A DNA stretch of 64,000 nucleotides. Source: Tubulanus polymorphus (Eukaryota; Animalia; Nemertea). Shown piece by piece: positions 54,963 through 64,000 of the stretch; the first letter of the stretch is position 1; every line of letters begins with the position of its first letter. The position numbers and the translations under genes were made by a program. Under the pieces are notes generated by a model. That model saw only the letters and a list, made by a program, of their open reading frames with translations, ran no database searches and was not told the DNA's origin. The stretch spans positions 10,377,950 through 10,441,949 of the forward strand of contig NC_134026.1 of the NCBI RefSeq assembly GCF_964204645.1. Reading direction: 5' to 3'.

Positions 54963-57150
54963 GGGTCATTCTTAAGAATCCGCAGACCTGCCCTGAGAGG
55001 CGACATGGCTTCTCAGGGCAGGAACCTGCCCTGAGAGGCCATTGGCGCAATTAAGCAGTATAAATGGAAAACTCGGCTATAATTCTGATGAAACGGCGAA
55101 CTATTTCGCCGATGTTTGCATGCACATTGTCGAGTATCATGAAATTAAATGGATTAAAATGAAATAGATTAAATGTATTGATATATCGATACTTAACAAA
55201 TAAACGAAAGTAATATTTCAATTAAAATTCATTCATAATAAGAAATGTATTTTTAAAAAGTCATGTAGTAACCGACGACGGAAAGTTATGGGGATTATAT
55301 AAATTTCAAAGCATTAATTTAATCATTCAAATATCCTATAGGCCTACATAAACAATTTGTGTCGTCCACTGATATAAGTGCGTTTCAATATGCTGTATAT
55401 TCTTATTCAACTGTGAATTTTTTGGGGGTTTCTACTGCTTTCGCAGCAACTCTATTGTAATTCTGCTGATCATATTTTTCTTCGGGGTAAGGGTTGGTTG
55501 ATCATATGTCATATTATTTTTTCGTTAGGTTAATTACCTAAGCGCAGGCCAACTTTTATCAGTTTTATACTTTATCTAATGACAATGGCATAATTATAGT
55601 TGCCACAAGCAATAAGGCATACACAATTAAATCTAATCTGATCAGCCCTGCGGGTGCAATTATATACGTAGTCTACTGTCGTCAACCTGCCCTGAAAGGC
55701 CAGTTTAACTACTGCAGTTTGAGTTCTGCAGATCACCTGCCCTGAGAGGCCAGTTCAACTGCTGCAATTTGACTTCAGATATCAACCTGCCCTGAGAGGC
55801 CAGTTCAACCTGCAGATTGACTTCCGATGTCAACCTGCCCCGAGAGGCCAGTTTCATTCTGCAGATATCACCTGTCCTGAGAGGCCAGTTTCATTCTGCA
55901 GATATCACCTGTCCTGAGAGGCCAGTTTAACTGATGCAGTTTGACTTCTGCAGATCACCTGCCCTGAGAGGCCAGTTTCATTGCTGCAGTTTGACTTCTG
56001 ACACCAACCTGCCCTGAGAGGCCACTTTCATTCTGCAGAAATCAACCTGCCCCGAGAGGCCACTTTCATTCTGCAGAAATCAACCTGCCCTGAGAGGCCA
56101 GTTCAACTGCTGCAGTTTGACTTCCGATATCAACCTGCCCTGAGAGGCCAGTTCGACTGCTGCAGATTGATTTCCGATATCAACCTGCCCTGAGAGGCCA
56201 GTTTAACTGCTGCAGTTTAGTTCTGATATCAACCTGCCCTGAGAGGCCAGTTTCGTTCTGCAGAAATCAACCTGCCATGAGGCCAGTTTTGATTCTGCAG
56301 AAATCAACCTGTCCTGAGAGGCCAGTTTCATTCTGTAGATATCACCTGCCCTGAGAGGCCAGTTCAACTGCTGCAGTTTGACTTCCGATATCAACCTGCC
56401 CTGAGGGGCCATTTGTTGCAAGTGCATTCATATCTATTGATGCAAACAATGTATAGAAATACGTATGCAATTGTAACACAAAAAAGTGAAGTGCAAAGAA
56501 ATTGGTCGAAGAAACATAGCACGTTAATTGTAAATTATAGATTACAAATAAAAACAGCGCCGCTTGGAATCATATAATTTAATTGTTACAAAAACTTGTA
56601 TCATCGTTATCATTAATTACCTAACATAGCAGCAAAATACTATTCCTGAGAATAATTGTGATTTTTCTTCTTCATTAAGTTATAGATGAAATTTTTGATG
56701 ATGTTTTGATAAGAAATGTTCCCACAGAAAAAAGTTTTTTTCATTTCTTTATTTCTATGAAAAATATTAGTATTTTTTAATTTGTTTCTGAAAAATACCA
56801 ATTCTAATTCTATTTTCTTATATATTTCAACAAAAATTCATATTTTGATTTTAGTTGTAACTTTTGTTTCCCTATCGTCTTGACTTATTAACTGTTTTAG
56901 CTTAATATGATTAAAAGCATTTGTATTTCTTAATTTATTTCTATAGAATACAGCGTAGTCTTCTATTGTATGATCGAAAACTTTAGTTTGAATCTCGAAT
57001 ATCCCGATCACCTTGCCACCATTTCAGCTCTCTGTTGAATGGGTTTTCATTTTCTATTGATTCAAACGACTGGCCTCTCAGGGCAGGTTCCTGCCCTGAG
57101 AAGCCATGTGGCCTCTTAGGGCAGGTTCTGGAAATTCTGCAGAATGACTC
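54963..57150. mobile_element. Non-autonomous TIR element (GRG...CYC ends, Sola2-like) with an internal satellite
   Basis: ~80-bp TIRs: gggtcattc...cctgccctgagaggcgacatggcttctcagggcaggaacctgccctgagaggcca versus the reverse complement of 57071-57150. No TSD resolved. Confidence 0.7.
55683..56411. repeat. Tandem array, about 17 copies of caacctgccctgagaggccagtt in alternating ~38 and ~50-bp units
   Basis: Core motif counted by eye. Spacers are variants of tcattctgcagaaat or caactgctgcagtttgacttccgatat. Confidence 0.9.
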
Positions 57151-57741
57151 ATATTGGATGTTAACCGAAAACCACGATCCACCAATTCAATCCAATATGC
57201 ATTTATTGTTCCCAATCGATGACGGAATCATGAGTCAAAAGCGAGGCATAGAGAATACTAACGGAGAACTTAAAACTGATAAAAGATTGGTTAGTAAAAA
57301 AAGGAAGGATAAGAAAAGAGAAAAGCTACAAAAAGAAGTCGTCGTGCATTGCATCGCTGACTGAGGACTGACTTAGACAGACTCAATACGATAAAGTATT
57401 GAATTGGCTATTGAGCAACGCCGCCAACAGCCGTTGGGAATGGCAGCGGCGGAAATATAGTGAAATGAAAAGAAAGAATCGATTTCCTAGAAAATGGTTT
57501 CATAAACCTAGAAAGCTTCATTTGGGCCTACTAGAGTACCGGTACTTTATCTTTTGACAAAGCGGCCGTGGGTGGACTATCGTCCGATGTTTACGCTATG
57601 GCACCGTGAGGAATATGGGTATGGGAACGATAACCACACTCAAACGTGGTGAACGGACAATAAGATAAAAACCCACTATCTACAGATTAAAAGAATTTAA
57701 AAACAAGAATTTACTTATTCAATCTAAAATATATAGAATAA

Positions 57742-57769
57742 ACGACGTTTCGATCTCACCCTAGAGACC
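57742..57769 (-). ncRNA. 3' half of a minimal Penelope-type hammerhead ribozyme (5' half at 63135-63150)
   Basis: The empty-site reconstruction on the - strand reads acCTGACGAt-ggtctc-tagggt-gagatc-GAAAcgTC-gt. Confidence 0.65.
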
Positions 57770-58234
57770 AGTAATAGGGGTAATGGGCTTTCAAGCCAAA
57801 GGTCGAACGGTCGAGCTCATAAAAAATGAAAAATATGAAAATAATAACAATTTCTACTTGAATTAGTCGCGAAACTCATAAAAAAATGAAAAATAATTCT
57901 CACACACTCGAATTTATTTTTCATTTTTACTCGCTAGAAAAAAGTGTGAGTAAAGTGTGAGTGAAATAAATTCGAGCGTGTGAGAATTATTTTTCATTTT
58001 TTTATGAGTTTCACTCCTAATTCAAGTAGAAATTGTTATTATTTTCATGTTTTTCATTTTTTAATGAACTCGACCATTCAACCTTTAACCTGAAAGCCCA
58101 TTACCCCTATTACTCTTAAAATATTCATATACATGAATAAAATATATATGAATAACATATAAATTGATAGATTATTCAATATAAAAGTGTGAGTGAAATA
58201 ATTCATATTTAAAACATTGAATATTTATATTTGA

Positions 58235-58885
58235 ATGAGTTTTAATAAAAGTTTTGTTATTAAAATGAAGACAGAAGAAGAAGAACCCAACTTTAAAATC
58301 GAAATCAATGAAACCAATAAATCATTTTCACAGTTTAACATTAAAAATTATATTTCAGCAACAAATCTAGTGTCCGCAAGGTATTATAAAATTGATGACA
58401 TTACTATGATTAATCAAATATCATCAAATGGAACATATTTAATTACTGAACTGATAGATACTTTTGATAATGGCGTTAAAAATCCTAAAATGTTCAATAC
58501 AGTTTTTAATTTTAAAGGAACTTTAGATGAAAACATAATTAATATTCTTAAAACTCCTTTCAATGAAAGAAATGATGATATAATACTTTCAAAAGATTAC
58601 AATGATTTGATTAACTTAAGAATTGAAAAAAGACAATTATATTATTTCAATTTTGATAATAAACAAATTATCTATAATGAAAATTCATCAAATATTGGCA
58701 TTCAATGTGAATTAGATAATGAAAAATCATTTAAAGATATTGCAGTTCAATGTAAATTAGATGATGAATTTAGAAAATTCAATCCTAATGAAAAAGTGCA
58801 TTGTTATTGCGGAGGTAAATATTTAAAATCACATAAATCAAAGCATTATGAAACAATTAAACATAAAAACTGGTGTAAAGAGTAA
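58235..58885 (+). CDS. Intronless 216-aa hypothetical protein with a C-terminal CxC-H-H zinc-finger-like motif (left-arm copy)
   Basis: Intact ATG-to-stop ORF in very AT-rich DNA, ending EKVHCYCGGKYLKSHKSKHYETIKH. Three full-frame homologous copies occur in the window. Confidence 0.75.
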   Translation: MSFNKSFVIKMKTEEEEPNFKIEINETNKSFSQFNIKNYISATNLVSARYYKIDDITMINQISSNGTYLITELIDTFDNGVKNPKMFNTVFNFKGTLDENIINILKTPFNERNDDIILSKDYNDLINLRIEKRQLYYFNFDNKQIIYNENSSNIGIQCELDNEKSFKDIAVQCKLDDEFRKFNPNEKVHCYCGGKYLKSHKSKHYETIKHKNWCKE

Positions 58886-58937
58886 CAATTCTACATTATA
58901 ATTATTTAATTGAGTTAAATGTTTTAAATATCTAATA

Positions 58938-59685
58938 GACTGTTAAAATGATAAATTGTTCGACTGTTGAAATGATAAGACAGTTGAAATGATAAATTGT
59001 TTGACAGTTGAAATGATAAATTGTTTGACAGTTGAAATGATAAATTGTTTGACAGTTGAAATGATAAATTGTTTGACAGTTGAAATGATAAATTGTTTGA
59101 CAGTTGAAATGATACATTGTTCGACTGTTGAAATGATAAGACAGTTGAAATGATAAATTGTTTGATAGTTGAAATGATAAATTGTTTGACAGTTGAAATG
59201 ATAAATTGTTTGACAGTTGAAATGATAAATTGTTTGACAGTTGAAATGATAAATTGTTTGACAGTTGAAATGATAAATTGTTCGACTGTTGAAATGATAA
59301 GACAGTTGAAATGATAAATTGTTTGACAGTTGAAATGATAAATTGTTTGACAGTTGAAATGATAAATTGCTTGACAGTTGAAATGATAAATTGTTTGACA
59401 GTTGAAATGATAAATTGTTTGACAGTTGAAATGATAAATTGTTTGACAGTTGAAATGATAAATTGTTCGACAGTTGAAATGATAAATTGTTTGACAGTTG
59501 AAATGATAAATTGTTTGACGGTTGAAATGTTAAATTGTTTGACGGTTGAAATGATAAATTGTTTGACAGTTGAAATAATAAATTGTTTGACGGTTGAAAT
59601 GATAAATTGTTTGACGGTTGAAATGATAAATTGTTTGACAGTTGAAATGATAAATTGTTTGACAGTTGAAATGTTAAATTGTTTG
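58938..59685. repeat. 24-bp minisatellite (gttgaaatgataaattgtttgaca)n, left arm
   Basis: About 31 units, with recurring 17-bp variants gttgaaatgataagaca. Confidence 0.95.
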
Positions 59686-59877
59686 GTTGTAAATTTAATT
59701 GTTATTTGATTTAATCATTTAAAAGTTTAATATTTTTAAAATGATTATAAAATATTTAATTAAAAACTAGCAAATATTTTATAAACTGTTTAATTTTTCT
59801 CTTAAATAAATGGATGGTTTCATCCCAACTGGGAAAAGTGATTTGAAACATTATTTAGCAGCAGGCGGATTAATATT

Positions 59878-59979
59878 ATAGAAATCAAAAAGATTTAAAT
59901 AAAAAAACAATAAGTTACTTTATCTAATACTAACTTATTTAACTTATTGTTTTTTTATTTAAATCTTTTTGATTTCTAT
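59878..59979. repeat. Perfect 40-bp hairpin at the inner end of the left arm
   Basis: atagaaatcaaaaagatttaaataaaaaaacaataagtta (59878-917) and its exact reverse complement (59940-979), with a 22-nt loop. Confidence 0.9.
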
Positions 59980-60396
59980 TCGCACTATTGGTTAACAAGA
60001 ATTGACTAGAATTCAAATAGATTTAACAAGAAATTCAATAACTTTAACTGTTAGTATCACTCTTGTATTATTTCATTGTTTCTCTTATTGAATAAGCCAA
60101 CTAACTAATATCACTCTTGTATTATCCTAGTAAAATGTAAAGAATTTAAAATATCATACTTGAATGAATTAAAACATAAATTACTTCTGTTACTTCATTT
60201 TCAGAAATAAAGCATAATATGTATTTAATACCATTAATACGTATTTAATACCATTAATACGTATTTGATACGTATTTAATACGTATTTGATACATTGATA
60301 CCTCAACCCCCTTTTTTAACATAAATATAATTTACTCATTTTCATACATTTCAACTAATATATTTTATATTTTCAGCTAATTTAACAGTCAATTTC

Positions 60397-60714
60397 TTAT
60401 TTTGATTCATATAATTTTTCATCAAGTTCGTGAAGATACATGTGATTCCTTAATGATTTTTTATTTTTATATCTTTTATTGCATATTTCACAGCTTTTAA
60501 TATTATTCAATCTATCTGAAATATAATTCATATTTTCTACTAATTCAGTGTATCTAATTTTACAGCAATCATAGAATTCTAACAACTGTTTTATAGTATA
60601 AACTGAGAATGAAAATAAACCTGTAAGCATAATAATTGATTTAATATTCTGTTGATTTTTATATATTAGATGTAATATTTCTAATACCTTATTTTCACTC
60701 ATTTTTATAGACAA
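60397..60714 (-). CDS. 105-aa hypothetical protein with one C2H2 zinc finger and an N-terminal hydrophobic stretch
   Basis: CEICNKRYKNKKSLRNHMYLH fits CX2CX12HX3H. IIMLTGLFSFSVYTI is hydrophobic. Confidence 0.62.
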   Translation of the reverse strand: MSIKMSENKVLEILHLIYKNQQNIKSIIMLTGLFSFSVYTIKQLLEFYDCCKIRYTELVENMNYISDRLNNIKSCEICNKRYKNKKSLRNHMYLHELDEKLYESK

Positions 60715-60749
60715 AATATATAGAATAAATTAAATTAAAAGATGTTGTT

Positions 60750-60968
60750 TTAATCCTCTAAATCATTTTCTAAATTAACTTTTCTATTGTTATTCTTTCT
60801 GTGATTGTTTCCATTTAACTTCTTTAATTTCTTGCTCAATTTTATATTTTCATTCATCAAATCCTTACTGATATTTTCATAATAAAAGAAAAGCGCAGCC
60901 AATATTAATCCGCCTGCTACTAAATAATGTTTCAAATCACTTTTCCCAGTTGGGATGAAACCATCCAT
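60750..60968 (-). CDS. 72-aa predicted single-pass membrane protein with a basic tail
   Basis: YLVAGGLILAALFFYY is transmembrane-like. A truncated mirror copy of the 5' end lies at 59810-59881 on the + strand. Confidence 0.5.
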   Translation of the reverse strand: MDGFIPTGKSDLKHYLVAGGLILAALFFYYENISKDLMNENIKLSKKLKKLNGNNHRKNNNRKVNLENDLED

Positions 60969-61092
60969 TTATTTAAGAGAAAAATTAAACAGTTTATGAA
61001 ATATTTGCTAGTTTTTAATTAAATATTTTATAATCATTTTAAAAATATTAAACTTTTAAATGATTAAATCAAATAACAATTAAATTTACAAC

Positions 61093-61967
61093 CAAACAAT
61101 TTAACATTTCAACTGTCAAACAATTTATCATTTCAACTGTCAAACAATTTATCATTTCAACTGTCAAACAATTTATTATTTCAACTGTCAAACAATTTAT
61201 CATTTCAACTGTCAAACAATTTATCATTTCAACTGTCAAACAATTTATCATTTCAACCGTCAAACAATTTAATATTTCAACTGTCACACAATTTATCATT
61301 TCAACTGTCAAACAATTTATCATTTCAACTGTCAAACAATTTAACATTTCAACTGTCAAACAATTTATCATTTCAACTGTCAAACAATTTATCATTTCAA
61401 CTGTCTTATCATTTCAACAGTCGAACAATTTATCATTTCAACTGCCAAACAATTTATCATTTCAACTGTCAAACAATTTATCATTTCAACTGTCAAACAA
61501 TTTATCATTTCAACAGTCGAACAATTTATCATTTCAACGGTCGAACAATTTATCATTTCAACTGTCAAACAATTTATCATTTCAACTGTCAAACAATTTA
61601 TCATTTCAACTGTCAAACAATTTATCATTTCAACTGTCAAACAATTTATCATTTCAACTGTCAAACAATTTATCATTTCAACTGTCAAACAATTTATCAT
61701 TTCAACCGTCAAACAATTTATCATTTTAACCGTCAAACAATTTATCATTTCAACTGTCAAACAATTTATCATTTAAACTGTCAAACAATTTATCATTTCA
61801 ACTGTCAAACAATTTATCATTTCAACTGTCTTATCATTTCAACAGTCGAACAATTTATCATTTTAACTGTCAAACAATTTATCATTTCAACTGTCAAACA
61901 ATTTATCATTTCAACTATCAAACAATTTATCATTTCAACTGTCAAACAATTTATCATTTTAACAGTC
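61093..61967. repeat. 24-bp minisatellite, right arm (inverted)
   Basis: About 36 units of tgtcaaacaatttatcatttcaac. Confidence 0.95.
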
Positions 61968-62019
61968 TATTAGATATTTAAATCATTTAACTCAATTCAA
62001 TAATTATAATGTAGAATTG

Positions 62020-62670
62020 TTACTCTTTACACCAGTTTTTATGTTTAATTGTTTCATAATGCTTTGATTTATGTGATTTTAAATATTTACCTCCGCAATA
62101 ACAATGCACTTTTTCATTAGGATTGAATTTTCTAAATTCATCATCTAATTTACATTGAACTGCAATATCTTTAAATGATTTTTCATTATCTAATTCACAT
62201 TGAATGCCAATATTTGATGAATTTTCATTATAGATAATTTGTTTATTATCAAAATTGAAATAATATAATTGTCTTTTTTCAATTCTTAAGTTAATCAAAT
62301 CATTGTAATCTTTTGAAAGTATTGTATCATCATTTCTTTCATTGAAAGGAGTTTTAAGAATATTAATTATGTTTTCATCTAAAGTTCCTTTAAAATTAAA
62401 AACTGTATTGAACATTTTAGGATTTTTAACGCCATTATCAAAAGTATCTATCAGTTCAGTAATTAAATATGTTTCATTTGATGATATTTGATTAATCATA
62501 GTAATGTCATCAATTTTATAATACCTAGCGGACACTAAATTTGTTGCTGAAATATAATTTTTAATGTTAAACTGTGAAAATGATTTATTGGTTTCATTGA
62601 TTTCGATTTTAAAGTTGGGTTCTTCTTCTTCTTTCTTCATTTTTATAACAAAATTTTTATTAAAACTCAT
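62020..62670 (-). CDS. 216-aa hypothetical zinc-finger-like protein (right-arm copy)
   Basis: Differs from the left copy at 4 residues (S6N, T13K, G66E, I116T). Confidence 0.75.
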   Translation of the reverse strand: MSFNKNFVIKMKKEEEEPNFKIEINETNKSFSQFNIKNYISATNLVSARYYKIDDITMINQISSNETYLITELIDTFDNGVKNPKMFNTVFNFKGTLDENIINILKTPFNERNDDTILSKDYNDLINLRIEKRQLYYFNFDNKQIIYNENSSNIGIQCELDNEKSFKDIAVQCKLDDEFRKFNPNEKVHCYCGGKYLKSHKSKHYETIKHKNWCKE

Positions 62671-63164
62671 TCAAATATAAATATTCAATGTTTTAAATAT
62701 GAATTATTTCACTCACACTTTTATATTGAATAATCTATCAATTCATATGTTATTCATATATATTTTTATTCATGTATATGAATATTTTAAGAGTAATAGG
62801 GGTAATGGGCTTTCAGGTTAAAGGTTGAATGGTCGAGTTCATTAAAAAATGAAAAACATGAAAATAATAACAATTTCTACTTGAATTAGGAGTGAAACTC
62901 ATAAAAAATGAAAAATAATTCTCACACGCTCGAATTTATTTCACTCACACTTTACTCACACTTTTTTCTAGCGAGTAAAAATGAAAAATAAATTCGAGTG
63001 TGTGAGAATTATTTTTCATTTTTTATGAGTTTCGTGACTAATTCAAGTAGAAATTGTTATTATTTTCATATTTTTCATTTTTTATGAGCTCGACCGTTCG
63101 ACCTTTGGCTTGAAAGCCCATTACCCCTATTACTGAGACCATCGTCAGGTGTGAGACAGATCTT

Positions 63165-63257
63165 GGCGGCAAATATTTAAAATCACATAAATCAAAGCAT
63201 TATCAGACAATTAAACATACCAATTATGGAAAGAATAATAATTCTATATTGAAATAA
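63165..63257 (+). pseudogene. 5'-truncated C-terminal remnant of a diverged homolog of the 216-aa protein
   Basis: GGKYLKSHKSKHYQTIKHTNYGKNNNSILK*. Confidence 0.75.
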
Positions 63258-63438
63258 GATTAAGCTGTATGAGTAATTGGAAAATTTCTGAATATATAAT
63301 AGTTAAAACATGAAACGTGAAATCAGTTAATGAATAACTGTTAAACTGTTAGACTGTTAACAGTTATTCATTAACTAATATCACAATGTTTTAACTATTA
63401 TACATTTGAAATTTTCCAATTACTCATACAGCTTGATC

Positions 63439-63999
63439 TTATTTCAATATAGAATTATCATTCTTTCCATAATTGATATGATTCATTTTCTGATAATGCT
63501 TTGATTTATGTGATTTTAAATATTTGCCGCCACAATAACAATACACTTTCTCATTAGGATTAAACTTATTAAATTCATTATCTAAATCACATTGAATTCC
63601 AATATTTGATGAATTTTCATTATAGATGCTTTGTTTATTATCAAAATTAAAATTATATAATTGTCGTTTTTCAATTCTTAAGTTTATTATATCATTGTAT
63701 TCTTTAGAAAGTATTAAATCATAATTTCTTTCATTAAAAGGAGTTTCAAGAATATTTATTGTGTTTTTATCTAAATTACCTTTACAATTTAAAACTGTAT
63801 TGAATACTTTAGGATTTTTGACGCTATTATCTAAAGTATCTATTAGTTCAGTAATTAAATATGTTTCTTTTAATGATATTTGATTAATCATAGTAATATA
63901 ATCGATTTTATATTGGCTTCCATACACTAAATTTGTTGCTGAGATATAATTTCTAATGTTAAATAATGAAAATAAGTTATCAGTTTCTTTGATTTCGAT
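63439..63999 (-). CDS. Diverged homolog of the 216-aa protein (5' end beyond the window)
   Basis: The frame is open to the window edge (IEIKETDNLFSLFNIRNYISATNLVYGSQYKID...). Roughly 75-80% identical by hand alignment; ends CYCGGKYLKSHKSKHYQKMNH. Confidence 0.72.
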   Translation of the reverse strand: MEIKETDNLFSLFNIRNYISATNLVYGSQYKIDYITMINQISLKETYLITELIDTLDNSVKNPKVFNTVLNCKGNLDKNTINILETPFNERNYDLILSKEYNDIINLRIEKRQLYNFNFDNKQSIYNENSSNIGIQCDLDNEFNKFNPNEKVYCYCGGKYLKSHKSKHYQKMNHINYGKNDNSILK

Positions 64000-64000
64000 T

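Larger units (their letters stand above)
57770..63134. mobile_element. Giant palindromic non-autonomous element with Maverick/Polinton-like termini
   Basis: Termini AGTAATAGGGG...CCCCTATTACT. 6-bp TSD GAGACC at 57764-69 and 63135-40. Inverted arms 57770-59877 and 60901-63134 around a 1023-bp spacer. Confidence 0.85.

Noticed and set aside
55683-56411. CRISPR-like array of a ~23-bp repeat with variable spacers
   Set aside because: The spacers fall into two recurring sequence types, there are no cas genes, and the context is eukaryotic. It is a satellite within a TIR element.
56700-57364. Coding remnant or 109-aa ORF near the right TIR
   Set aside because: No recognisable motifs, and the ORF crosses the TIR boundary.
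58932-61772. ORFs with (MINCLTVE)n or (YHFNCQTI)n repeats
   Set aside because: These are translations of a stop-free 24-bp minisatellite, and the 17-bp variants break the frame. There is no evidence of coding.
57770-63134. Palindrome as a sequencing or assembly fold-back artefact
   Set aside because: The arms differ by substitutions and repeat number, there is a unique 1-kb spacer, and the TSD-flanked ends restore a coherent empty site. Long-read confirmation is still needed.

Overview
AT-rich eukaryotic genomic DNA with spliceosomal introns, from a repeat-rich invertebrate (probably lophotrochozoan; species not determinable here). Host genes: the last exon of sedoheptulokinase (SHPK, + strand, 914-1302) and a TRAPPC11 coding region on the - strand (27 coding exons reconstructed by hand, 49580 to 13700, about 1120 aa, splice phases all consistent). 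Introns and intergenic DNA hold many TEs: a BEL/Pao remnant, a tRNA-derived SINE, Harbinger-, Kolobok-, hAT-, P- and MULE-type non-autonomous elements, Helitron/Helentron-like repeats, and a defective DIRS tyrosine-recombinase retrotransposon filling TRAPPC11 intron 7. The most unusual feature is a 5365-bp, very AT-rich palindromic element (57770-63134). It has AGTAAT...ATTACT termini, a perfect 6-bp TSD (GAGACC; Maverick/Polinton-like), arms of about 2.1-2.2 kb, a ~345-bp hairpin at each end, a duplicated intronless 216-aa zinc-finger orphan gene, mirrored 24-bp minisatellites and two small spacer genes, but no integrase, polymerase or capsid. It splits a Penelope-type minimal hammerhead ribozyme and lies about 30 bp from an older palindromic relative.
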